Source: Glaucostegus cemiculus (lineage: Eukaryota). Taken from it: a stretch of DNA of 64,000 nt. A program made the translations under genes and the position numbers. The first letter of the stretch is position 1. The number at the start of each line of letters is the position of its first letter. The notes under the pieces are model-generated. The model was not told where the DNA came from and made no database searches. It was given only the letters and a program-made list of their open reading frames with translations. Location of the stretch: contig CDPCPM010000604.1 in NCBI GenBank assembly GCA_976551045.1, positions 1,364,001 through 1,428,000 on the forward strand, in the 5' to 3' direction. Positions 29,201-42,400 of this stretch are shown here, one piece after another.

Positions 29201-32200
29201 GCTCTCTTCCTTTGCTACGGGTGCTACACGAATGCAGGTGGTTGTTGAAAGGCGGTATTGGGCTGCCTCCTTGTATGGACTCACCCTGTCACCGGCAGGG
29301 CCAGGTTTGCCCAGGGGGCCTCTCAGTCCTCGAGGACCCTGCGGAGTGAACAGAAGAGCCCGAGGTAAATCACACTCGCCACAGCCCCGTCAGGAACACC
29401 CCACCCCCCTCCTTTCCCAGGCCCAGCCCTGTGCCCCGGATCCATGGGTTTTCATAGATTTACAATGCAAATCATTTTCCAGATTGCTGTATTGCTCTAT
29501 GACTCCATCGAGTCATAGAGCAATACAGCACGGAAGCAGGCCCTTCGGCCCAACTCATCCATACTGACCAAGGTGCCCACCAACCTAGTCCCATTTGCCT
29601 GCCTTTGGCCCCACCTCCCTCGAAACCCCTCCTATCCGTGGACCTGTCCAACTGTCCGTTAAAAGTTGTTAATGTACCTGCCTCAACCACTTCCTCTGGC
29701 AGCTCGTTCCATGTACCCACCACCCTCTGTGTGAGGAGGTTGCCCCTCAGGTCCCTTGTACATTTTTCACCTCTCACCTTAAACCCCTGCCCTCTAGTTT
29801 TTGATTCCCTTTCCTGAAAAAAGACTGTGCTCATTCACCCTGTCTGTGCCCCTCGTGTTTTAGAGACATCTATAAGATCACCCCTCAGTCTCCTACGCTC
29901 CAGCGGATAAGGTTCTCGTCTGCCCAACCCCTCCCTATAACCCAGGCCCTCGAGTCCTGGCAACATTCTCATGCACCTTCTCTGCACTCTGTCCAGCCTA
30001 ATCGTATCCCTCCTACAACAGGCTGACCAAAACTGCGCACAGTGCTCCAAGTGTGGCCTCACCAACATCTGGTACAACTGCAACATAACGGCCAGCTCCT
30101 ATACTCAGTGCCCCGACTGATGAAGGCCAGCGTGCCAAACATCTGGTTCATCACCTTGTCTACTTGTGACACTGCTCTCAGAGAAACATCTTCATTAGGG
30201 ATGGACAATAAAGCCTGTAACTCTAACAATTAATAAGCAATATTTCAGTAACATTTCTCAAGGGGCTCACTTTGACCTGCCCAACTGCGAGGGAGATGTT
30301 TGTAGGATGGCACAGCTTGATGGGCTGAAGGGCCTGTTCTGTGCTGTATTGTTCTATGTTCTGTTCTATGTTCTATGAGGGAGAACTTCCTCTCGTGGTC
30401 ACGGGGTGAAGGCTCTGACCTGTCTTCTGCGCTGTCATTGAGAGGGGTCTGGCTACCCAGACTGGCCCAGGAGATGAAGCTCCACCTCTGGGTCTGAGGG
30501 GTGATCTGGACCTCAGTCCCAGGCAGCCCCAGGCTGTGGAGTGGAGTGGCTCCAAGTACTGAGCAGGGAGTGGGGGTGGGACGAGGGCTCTGTGACTGAC
30601 CCTCCCTCTCTCCAAGGGGAGCAGCCTCAAAACCTTGCTCCCGGATGTGAGTCACCAGGCGGTGCATTCACTCTCCGCTCTGGAGCTCAATAGTCCAGGC
30701 TGAAGGTCCAAGTGGGGTGCTGAGGGAGTGCCACATGCTCACTGGGGGAGTGTCCAGGTTACAAAGACTTTTAAGAGACATTTGGATAAGTACATGGATA
30801 GGTTTAGCGGGATATGTGCCAAACATGGGCAAATGGAACTAGCTTAGGTGGGCACCTTGGTTGGCGTGGACGAGTTGGGCCGGAGGGCCTGTTTCTGTGC
30901 TGTATGACTCCATGACTCTATGGAGACTTGAGCCCACGTCCCACCACACCAGCTGAGCAATATAAATTCAATTAATTAAATAGATCTAAAATTAGAAAGC
31001 TGTTCTCTGTAATGGTAACCTCAGTACTGGTAGTCTCATAAATGGTGGTCTCAGTAATGGTAACTACCAGATTGTTATAAAAACGTGAGTATGCTGGGAA
31101 CATTCAGAAGGCCAGGCAACGTCTGTGGAGAGAGCAACAGAGTTAACCTTTCAGGTTGAAGACTCTTCATCAGAACTGAAACATTACCTCTCTCTCTCTC
31201 TCCCTCTCCCTCTCTCCCTCTCTCCCCCCACACACAGATACTGCCTGACTGCTGAGAGTTTCCTGCATTTCTGTTTTTTATGTCAGAGTTCCAGCATCTG
31301 CAAGATGGTGATTTTCCTCTAACTGCTGTCATAACCCATCTGGTTCACACATTGCCGGCCGAGCTGGTGTTTGGGAGGTCTGGAGAGGTAGGCCTTACTT
31401 CTAGGGACAGAGGGGCTGGATTTGGTATTGGTAGAGAGCAGCTCGCAATGAGTCACCACGTTCTGGTGCTACTTGCAGGAATCCCTTCCCGGGACATGAT
31501 GTGGTTAAACGTTCACCGATCTGGAATGTGACAGGTGCCAGGGGTTTGGATTGACATCGGCACAGGAAGAGTCAACGGCCTGCAAGCAGCATCAGTCCAT
31601 CGCCCTGGGCTGGTAAAAGCTTCCTGCCCTTTAATCTGCCATAAGAAACCTCCAGCTGGGTGACTGCCTGACTCCCGACTCCCCTGCTGAGGAAACAGAC
31701 AATGGGTTCCCACCTGCAGGACTTCTCCGTACCAGCAGCGTTGGCCCTCAGCTCACTGACACACTCACTCCCCACCCACAACATAGCTGCGGCCTCAGCC
31801 TCCGTCTCCGCAATCTCCTCCTGAGACCTCTGCTCCCCTCCGATCCCATCCCCCCAGCCGTCCCTGGATTTACTTTCTCCACCAGCAGCGGCCGTGCCTC
31901 ATCTGACTGGGCTTCGGACTCTGGAATCCCCTTCGGAACCTTCAGGGCGGCACGACAGCGTAGCGGTTAGCGCGACGCTGTTACGGCGCCAGCGATCGGG
32001 GTTTGATTCCCGTTGCTGACTGTAAGGAGTTTGTACGCTCTCCCCGTGTCTGCGTGGGTTTCCTCCGGGTGCTCCGGTTTCCTCCCACATTCTCAAAGAC
32101 GTACGGGTAGGTTAATTTGGGGGTTTAAAATGGGCGGCGCGGACTCGGAGGGCCGAAAGGGCCTGTTACCACGCTGTAAATAAACAAAAAAAGTCACTGT

Positions 32201-35200
32201 TCCCTCGATGCGACTCCTTGACCAAGCATTTGTATACAGCTGGACGTTACTTTTTTCTGACAACTGGTATTGGTTTTGGTTTATTATTGCCACTTGTACC
32301 GAGGTACCCCTGAAGAAGTAGAGGGGCTGGTGAGCTGTCTTGGCCGTGGCGTCTATGTGATTGGACCAGGAAGGCATCATTTCTATAAAATGCCTTCAGA
32401 CATTTTCACTACATCAAAAGGCAATAAATAAATCTGAGCACTGAGTGAGATACTGCATCAATAATGGAGCACAGAGATCTCTGCCTCTCTTTCCTTCATG
32501 TGCCTCCCTGGGGCAGGGAGTCACAGAGGTGTACACCACAGGGAAAGGCTGTCCGGCCCATACCTGCCCATGCCGACCAAGATGCACATTCAAGCTAATC
32601 CTGTCTCCCAGTACTTGGCCCACATCCCTCTAAACTCTTGTCAACCATATACCTGTCACATACCTGTAATCCACCTGCCTCAGCCACTTCCTCTGGCAGT
32701 TGGTTCTATATATCTATCATGCGCTTTGTGTAACAAAAGACGTATGGGTAGGTTAATTTGGGGCGTTAAAATGGGCGGCACGGACTCATTGGGTCGAACG
32801 GGCCTGTTACCACGCTGTAAATAAAAAAAAAGTTGCCCCTCAGGTTCTTATGAAACCTTTCACCTGTAACCTTAACACTGTTGATTCCCCAATCCTGGGA
32901 AAAAAGACCACTCACCCTTCTATGCCCCCCCCCTCAGTTTATACACCTCTATGAGATCACCCCTCAATCTCCTGCAGTCCAAGGAGTAAAGACCCAGCCA
33001 GTCCGACCTCTCCCTATAACTCAGTCCCTCGAGTCCTGACAACATCCTTGTACGTCTCTCCTGCACTCTTTCCAGTTTAACTCACATCCTTTCTAATACA
33101 GGGTGAACAAACCTGAACAAGTTCGGCCTCACCAACGTCTTGTATCATCGCAACGTAACCTCCCGACTTCTGTACTCAGTGCCCTGGCTGATGAAGGCTG
33201 GTGTGCCAAACGCCTTCTTCACTGCTCTGTCTACCTGAGACCCCACTTCAAGGGAACTATGCACCGGTGCTCCAAGCTCCCTCTGTTTTACAGCCAAGGC
33301 CCTTCCTTTCAATGTAAAAGCATCTCCAGAGTGTCCCAGGAGATTGCACCCACTCTGTGTGTCCTGCTCCAGGTACCTCGTTGCACAGGAGGTTGCACAG
33401 AACAATATCGTGGAATCAACAGGAGCCGGGGCACCTCTGTTATTTTCTCCCCGGACCAATCATTTTCTCCGGAGCTCCCATGTTTTTGGTTCCTGTCTTT
33501 GATACCTCCCCAGCACACATCTCTCTGAAGGGTCAGTGACTGAAGGTGACTGTGGACTGAGCAAACCCTCTGGGCCGGTGACACCAGGTGAGAGTACGTG
33601 GGTACACAGTGGTTTGGATAATGCACTGTGGCTGTGTGGTCAGTACACAGGAATCAGTCACAGGAACGGTGGCTTGAATTGTAAGGGGAGGTCGGTTAGG
33701 CTGGGACTGTTTTCCCCGGAGTGTAGGAGGCGGAGGGGTTTAGGGTTTATAAAATCGTGAGGGGTGCAGATAAGGTGGAGGGTCACAGTCTTTGTCCCCA
33801 GGGTAGGGGAGTCCAAAACTAGAGGGCGCAGGTTCAAGGTGAGAGGGGAGAGACTTAAAGGGAACCTGAGGGGCAAGTTTCCGCACACAGGGGGCGATGG
33901 GTGTGTGGAACGAGCTGCCAGAGGAAGTGGCAGAGGGTGGGGACAATCACAATCAGATGGGTTCGTGGATAGGAATGGTTCGGAGTCAAATCCGGGCAAA
34001 CGGGACCAGAACAGATGGGCATGGATGAGTTGGGCCGAAGGGCCGGTTTCTGTGCTGTCTATGGATCGATAAGAGGGTTAAACTGTCAGTGTTGGTGAGA
34101 TGAGCATTCCCATCAGGAACGTCGGATCAGCCCCGGGAAACGGTGGTGCAGTCAGGCGCTCGGAGAGTGGCTCCTCGTTCCTGGTTCCTCTGCAGCTTTG
34201 GAATTTTGACCTCATTTGGGGCTGGAAGAGTAAATACCATCTCCCTCCACAACCAGTCAGGACAAGCTGCTCCTACCTGTAATCCAACAGGTCCAGGAAA
34301 ACCTGGCACACCAGGATGTCCGGGATCGCCCTGAAATTCCAAACAGTCAACAGTTAGAAGGTGGGTAAGAATCAGGGCAGCCCCGCTAACCCATCCTCAT
34401 TCAACCTCCTCTTCAGAGCTTCAAGGAATTAAAGAGGGCAGCAGAGTGGTGCAGCAGGTAGTGCTGCTGCCTCACTGCTCCAGGGATCCCGCTTCGATCC
34501 TGACCTCTGGCGCTGTCTGTGTGGAGTTTGCGCGCTCTCCCTGTGACCGCGTGGGGTTCCCCCCCCCCCGGGGGCTCCGGTTTCCCCCCGCATCCCAGTG
34601 ATGTGTGGGTTGGTAGGTGAATTGGCCGCTGTAAGTTGCCCCCCAGTGTGTGGGTGAGGGGTGGGAGAATCGGTGATGGGGAATGGGACTGGTCTAGGAG
34701 CCAGCATTGGTTCGATGGTCGAATGGGCGCCTAGATCGCAAGCAACTATGAAACATGGAATAAATCAGCTCAAAAGGCCAGAGACAGCAAAACTCCCCTG
34801 ATTAACTAACGTTCTTCAGGGCAGAAAACTGCCGGTCTGGTCTCTACGTGACTCCAGACCCACCTAGGTGGTTAACTCTTAACTTCCCGCTGAATTAGCC
34901 CAGCGGAGCACTCAGTTCAAGGGCAACTCAGGATGGGCGATTAACGCTTGCCGTGCCAGTGGCACCCAGTCTCCGTAAGGACAAGGTTGCTCATCTGCCG
35001 GTTCTCCTCACTGTCCCACTCCCTCTGGTCCAAACCGCCGGGGAGTTACCTTTGCTCCAATCTTCCCAGGTTCTCCGCGTTCCCCCTTGTGGCCTGTGTG
35101 ACCCTGGAAGGGAAGAGAGAGACTGTTAGTGGCACTAACGCACCAACGGTTTTAGCAACAGACTCAACCCAACAGCCGCACCCTCGCCAGCCGAGGCACT

Positions 35201-35705
35201 GCAGAATGGATCACAGGTCAAATGATCGGGCGAAATGGGGCAGGGCTGAACAGATCACAAGGGTCACAGAGAACTACAGCGATCTCACTGCGTGAGGCAC
35301 AGGCAGCAGGAGTGGGTGCTCTCCCCCACACCCCCCCCCCCGTCCTCTTTGCCAATGGAAATCACTATCTGTGTTGTGGTTCACTGGAATGAGGGGGACT
35401 AATGCCCCCCCTCCCCTCATGAACCAACGGTTGGCTAGTCGGAGATTCCAGCTCCATTTATCTTCCTGCTTTCCACTGATGCTCCTGGATCTCCGCATGG
35501 ATATCGGGCGGTACTGGAGGGGAATCCACAACTCCCATTGCTCTCACAAAGCCTCTGGTAAATTTATTAACTACCGCATTATCAGCACAACACACACATA
35601 CAGTGATGTATGTACATGCAGAGCAATGGTTAGTGTATAGCAGTCTTCACCCACACAGCAGGGTGCACACACACACACAGAGCAGTCCTCACCCACACAG
35701 CAGGG

Positions 35706-35750
<45 letters not shown>

Positions 35751-36372
35751 CAGTGTTTACACACAACAGTGTCCACAGACACAGCAATATTTACACACAC
35801 AGCAATATTTACACACAGCAGTGTTCACACACACACACAGCAGTGTTCACACGCACACACACAGCAGTGTTCACACGCACACACACAGCAGTGTTCACGC
35901 ACACACAGCAGTGTTCACACGCACACACACAGCAGTGTTCACGCACACACACAGCAGTGTTCACACGCACACACACAGCAGTGTTCACACGCACACACAC
36001 AGCAGTGTTCACGCACACACACAGCAGTGTTCACGCACACACACAGCAGTGTTCACACACACACAGCAGTGTTCATGCACACACACAGCAGTTTTCTCAC
36101 ACACACACACAGCAGTGTTCACACGCACACACACAGCAGTGTTCACGCGCGCACACAGCAGTGTTCACGCGCGCACAGCAGTGTTCACGCACGCACACAC
36201 ACACAGCAGTGTTCACGCGCACACAGCAGTGTTCACGCACGCACACACAGCAGTGTTCACACGCACACAACAGTGTTCAGGCACACACACACAGCAGTGT
36301 TCACACACACACGCACACACAGAGCAGGATTCACACACACAGAGCAGGATTTACACACAACACAGCAGTGTT

Positions 36373-36403
<31 letters not shown>

Positions 36404-39400
36404 CAGGATTTACACACAACACAGCAGTGTTCATACACACACACACACACAGCAGGATTTACACACACACAGCGCACTGCTCCACGAACTGTCACCCGTT
36501 CACCTCTCACTGCTACACAGTAATTATCCAGTCGGCATAAACCTTTCCAGGTGGAATTTGACAGGGGGAAGGTGGGGCTTCCTCTGGCTGACGGATGGAG
36601 ACCGGTACACCGAGAGCGCCCGCTCACCTTGAATCCGGGCATCCCAGGAGGGCCGGCTGGACCAGCGGGGCACATTGCCGGGCACTGCAGAGAGGTGGGC
36701 AGAGGGAGGAAGTCAGAGTTAGTCACTGTAAGTTGCTCAATCAATTTCAGAAATCAGTATCAATAACCAAACAGTCATCAATTCAAATCAAAAATCCACT
36801 GCTCTCAAGTAACAAACTATTAGCTGTCAAACAATATCAGAAATCAATCACTGTCAGCAATCAATCAACTACTGTTGTCAATTAGTAATTGTTGTCAATC
36901 AATAACAGTGATTAACAATCATTGTCAATCAACATCCACTGTCAATCATTACCAGTCACGTAAGATGTCAACCAATGTCAGCTGAGCACTCATCTCATGA
37001 TGACGACTGTTCACTGACCCTGTGGGGTTTTGGCATGAAAGGTGTTGGGGCTGTTCTGGCAGGCTGGGGCAGGCGGTGTTTAGTCATCCCCAAACTTCAC
37101 CTGATCAGCTGTACATCCAGGACGAGGAGGGGTTGACAGCCGGCACAGCTGGCACAGCTGTCCCTCCACTCAACCACTGGATTCCACACGGATCTCAAGA
37201 GCAAAGTCTGCTCCTGTTGGGATTCCTCCGCTGTGATCCCTGAGATGGGGCAGGGATTTGGGTGGGGTGCTGGTTACTGACCTGGAGTTGGGATGAAGGA
37301 GGTTCACTTACTTAACTTGAAATTATTTTAATGTCTTAAATATTTATTGATCTGTAATACATTTTATTTTTATAAAGGGTTAAGAGTTAACATCTTACAT
37401 TTCGATTGAAAGCATTTACTATAGTTTTTAAGGGTCTCTGTAGATCAGACCTGAAACCTCTCACAAAGCCTTCAGTTTCTATTTTTTTGACACGTGGCAC
37501 AGAGGGTAGCGCCACCACCTCACAGCGCCAGAGATCCAGGTTCAATTCCGACCTCTGCCGCTGTCCGGGTGGAGTCTGCACGTTCTCCCTGTGACCACAT
37601 GGGTTTCCCCCGGGTCCTCTGGTTTCCTCCCACATCCCAAAGACATGTGGGTCGGTGGGTTAACTGACTGCTGTAAACAGCAGCAGGTGAGTGGTAGAAT
37701 TTGGGGAAGAGTTAATGGGAAAATGGTGAGAATAAAACCGGTGCAACACACACAAGATGCTGGAGGAACTCGGCAGGTCAGGCAGCATCTGCAGAGAGAA
37801 ATAAACAGTCAACGTTTCGAGTCAAAACCCTTCATCAGGACGTTGACTGTTATTTCCCTCCACAGATGCTGCCTGACCTGCTGAGTTCCTCCAGCACTTT
37901 GTGTGTGTTGCTCCAGATTCCAGCATCTGCAGAATCTCTTGTGTCTGAGAACAAAATGGGTTAAGGTAGGATCAGCGTAAAGTGGGTGCTTGATGTTTGG
38001 GGCAAACTTGGTGGGCGGATGGTCTGTAGGACTCTACGAGGTGGCTCAGCCTCTCGCAGTTTCCAGCGTAGGAGCAGATCTGTCCACTGACTGCCCAACA
38101 CTGGAATTGGGGGACCCAGCACAATTGAAGGCAAACTTCTGGACTGGGTTAGACTGGACGTGGAGAAGGTGAATCCAGGTAGCAGATCAAACTGAGAACC
38201 ATCTGATTCAGAAAATAAAGGCTGGCAGATGGTATGTTGGCCTTTATAACTTGAGTACTAATGTTCTTTAATTGTCTAGCGCCTTGTCAAGACAACATCT
38301 GGAACATTGTGGACAGTTTTGGTCACCCTGCCTGTAAGTGAGAGAGGGAGTGGAGCAAAGGTTCGCCGGCCTGGTGCCTGGTGCGGTGGGGTTGCCTGTG
38401 AGGGAGATTGAGTAGATTGGGCCTGTGTTCTTCAGGGTTTAGAAGAAGGAGATGATCCAATTGAAATTTTTAAAAATCCTTACAGGACTCGACAGGATGG
38501 AGACGGGAGGCTGTCTCCGCTGGCTGGGGAGTGTAGGACGGCGGGTCACCGTCTCAGAATAAGGGGTGGGCTGTTCAGGACACGGATGGGGAGAGATTCA
38601 TTCACACAGAGGAATCCTCTGCCCTGGAGACCTGTGGTGGCTCAGTCACTGGGATCGTTCCAAACGGAGACCGATAATTTTCTGGATATTAAGGGAATTT
38701 CGGGATGTGGGGATAATGCAGGAGAATAGTGCTGAGGTAGATCAGCCGGGGATGATGGAGCAGGCTCTGGGGACTGGATACCCACTCCTGCTTCCATATC
38801 TTATGTTCTTACATTCTGCCTTGTCTTTCCAGCTGTTAGGATCAGGACGCCAGCTCAGGTCACTCACAACGAACCTGCAGAAGGCGTTTACATGAGCGCG
38901 CGCACGCACAGAGCCAACGAACGGATTGGAAAACTTACAGAGAAGTCTCCACTTCCTTCTCCTGTATAAAGTCCGGGCTCACCCTAGGAGGTGAAAGAAA
39001 GGACAAGAATGAGGACAAGTTCTGGTTTAATTACATAAAATAAGTTTCATTTTCCAACCGTCACGCATCATCTCCCAGAAGACGAGGACTCATCCCAGGG
39101 TTCCGGCTCTCTGGGACTCAGCCAAGTGCTTGGACTGTGGGTGTGGATCTCGACACCAAGCACTACCCGGAAAGGCACTGAGGCCAACCTCAACAGGGTG
39201 AGGATGACCTCACAGGGTGGATCAGCTTCCTGATCTCCATTCCACTCAACCCATTCAACCTCTTCCCAACTGTTGCTGCCTCGGGAATTGCCTACTCCCG
39301 ACTGGTCTCCTCCATTCTGCTCAGTGTCAGAGTAATACTGCACGGAAACAGGCCCTTCGGCCCAACTCATCCATGCTGACCAAGTTCTCTACTGAGCTAG

Positions 39401-42400
39401 TCCCTTTTGCCTGAGTTTGGCCCACCTCCCTCCAAACCTTTCCTATCCATGAACCTGTCCAAATGCCTTTTAAATGTTGTAACTGTAGCCACCTCCACCA
39501 CTTCCCCCGGCAGCACGTCCCACACACCCACCACCCTGTGTGTGTGAAGACGTTGCCCCTCAGGTCCCTTTTAAATCTTTCCCCTCTCTAGAGTTAGACT
39601 CCCCTACCCTGGGGAAAAGACTGTGACCACCCACCTTACCCAGGCCCCTCAACAGAAAACGTTCCCACTTCTGACCTCACTGTATGATGACAGGAAAGTC
39701 TTCTGGAGATAGTTGGGCTTGGGACATTCCTCTGACAAACTCTTTCAGTGACAGCCTGTGGCTGGAACCATTAACCTCCAATACCCATCCAACTCTGTGT
39801 GAGTTGTGACCCCAACAACTGGAGTGTTTCCTCTCTTACCAAGGATCCATGATGCCACACCTTGTCTAACGGTTCCTTGTACTCCCCAGACCTGGGTGCC
39901 TGTGTCCCCCCTTGCACCCAGTGCTGTTCACCAGCGCCTGTGCTCACTGAACCAGACCGCCGCCTGCTTAAGTAAAGCCTCAATTTCAAATTTCTCTCCA
40001 GTGTTTCCAAATCCCTCCACGTCTGTAACCTCCACAACCCTCCGAAACATCTACTCTCCTCTGATCCTGACCTCCTGCACACCCCAAAATTAATTCACTC
40101 CACCTTCAGCAGGTCATCCCTCCTGCTGCCATGCCCTTGAGTTCTGAAGTCCTGAACCTCTCCTCGTCCACTCCCCCTCTCCTCCTTTAAGATCTCCCCC
40201 TCCTGACCGAGCGCCCCCCTCACCTGCCCCCAGATTTCTTCCCGTGGTTCTGTGCCAGATTCTGGCTGGTCATCGCTGTCACTGAGCTCGCTGGGGTGCC
40301 TGCTAAGTTCAACGTGCGAGCTGGACATGAGTGATTGTTGTGAGCTTCATTGAGGTGGGTGGCAGGTGTCCCCCAAACCTCCTCAGGTTGGCCCTGGTGT
40401 TTCAGACAAAGCGCACTGAATAAATGTCACACCTACCGGGGGGCCAGGGGGTCCTGGGGGCCCGGGAAGCCCAGGTAGACCGTCTTCACCCTGAGAGGAT
40501 ACAGAGAACGTTAACACTGGCAGGTTTACATCGTCCAAGTGGGCATGTTGCATTGGGAGTGGGCAGTGCCACTTAGCAACAACCCGTGCCCTCACTGAGC
40601 AGCCGTCTGCTCCGCCAAATTCTCCCCCACCGGGGGAGGGGACGGAGAGCCGAGCTGTTGGTCAGCGGGCGTTACCGAGTCGTGGCCCAGAGTGGGGGCC
40701 ACTCTCGCTGCAGCTCTGGGCTTTCGGGGTAGGGCGGGCGGGGACCCAGTGCAGGGGAAGGAGATTTGGCTCACTGGGAACACCCTCAGCCTTGAGGCAC
40801 ACGATCACGGCTTCAGGCCTTGCTGGAAACCCAGTCCGGGCCCGTGCAGTACTGAGGGAGTCCGGTCCCATCTGTATCCTCAGGAGGACGTGGATGGTCC
40901 CATATAACCTTAGGGGACGTGCACCCTGTCCGCTACATCCAACATCACCCAAAAAAAGACCCAATGAGCTTCACTTTGCTGCTCGTGGGAGCTCACTGTG
41001 CACAAAGTGGTTGCAGAATTTCCTTTCTGTTGAATACACATTGGGGAATTGGCTGTGGAACACTGGGAGTTCCTGCACTGGAGAAACACAAGGTCTTTCT
41101 TTCTGAAACACTCTGAGTAGTTTCTGCTCGGGGAGAACGTTTATCCGTGGGAGCAGGGTGAACAGGGGAAGCAGTGAAATGGCTCTCCCTCCTGCTGACG
41201 TCAATGTCATTGACTATGTTGAACCTCATTGGTGTTCCTCTCCCACTGACCTTCATCTTAGATTTGTTGGACTGACCTCCTGGGCCAGATTCACCAGGGC
41301 AGGGACCCTAAGTAGGGAGAAGGACCAGGTTCCCACACAGCCCCTGAAAGGGATGGAACTCATTGGACCAGGGGGGCTTTCAATCCACAGACTAAATCAC
41401 AACTTTGCCAGGGCACACCCTGCCTCACAAGGGTGAACAAGGGCAGCGGGGGTTCCCAGCAGGTTCCCCTCCAGCTCACACACACATCACCGGTCGTACA
41501 TCCTCACTGGGTCCAAATCCTGGAACTCCCTCCCCAGGGGCACATAGGGAGCACATTCACCAGGTGACTGCAGCCGAATGAGGCAGCTCACCCCCACCAT
41601 TGTAAGGGCAGGTAGGGATGGGCGACAATCGCTGGCCTTGCCGGTGGTGCCCAGATCTTGGAAGGCGAATAAAAGCAGGAGCCTTTGGGCAAGTGTGACC
41701 GTGTGTGGAATAGCCACAATATGTTGTAGGATATTGTTCACTTACCCTGGGGCCACTTGGACCCTGGGGACCTTCCAGTCCGATATCTCCTTGAGGTCCC
41801 TGGAGAAGTTTAATGCAAAAACAATGATTTTCATATTCAAACCATAAACCGTTTTCAGGCACAAATACCAGACAACATTGGGACCGTTATTTCCCAGAAC
41901 ATCCCAAATCCATTCACTGACCCCCCCGGTGCGCTGACCAACAGTGCGCTGACCCCTGGCATGCTGACCCACAGTGTGCTGACCCCCGGTGCGCTGACCC
42001 CCGGTGCGCTGACCAACAGTGCGCTGACCCACAGTGCGCTGACCCACAGTGCACTGACCCCTGGCATGCTGACCCACAGTGCGCTGACCCCCCGGTGCGC
42101 TGACCAACAGTGCGCTGACCCACAGTGCGCTGACCCCTGGCGTGCTGACACACAGTGCGCTGACCCCCGGTGCGCTGACCAACAGTGCGCTGACCCATAG
42201 TGCACTGACCCCTGGCGTGCTGACCAACAGTGCGCTGACCCACAGTGCGCTGACCCCTGGTGCGCTGACCCACAGTGCGCTGACCCACAGTGCGCTGACC
42301 CCTGGCGTGCTGACCCACAGTGCGCTGACCCCCGGTGCGCTGACCCCCCGGTGCACTGACCCCCGGTTCGCTGACCAACAGTGTGCTGACCCACAGTGCA

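Noticed and set aside
31945-32015. tRNA-like sequence with A/B boxes
   Set aside because: It is the head of a V-SINE that continues into the V domain and a LINE-derived tail, not a tRNA gene.
35603-36632. Long His/Thr/Gln-rich ORFs (239-306 aa)
   Set aside because: They are translations of the CA-rich satellite, open in several frames, with no coding signal.
41277-41307. Possible extra collagen-like exon (GPCPGESGPG) with AG and GTCAGT boundaries
   Set aside because: 31 nt would frameshift, the Gly periodicity is broken, the donor is weak and exons 8-9 already join in frame. At most a cryptic exon.
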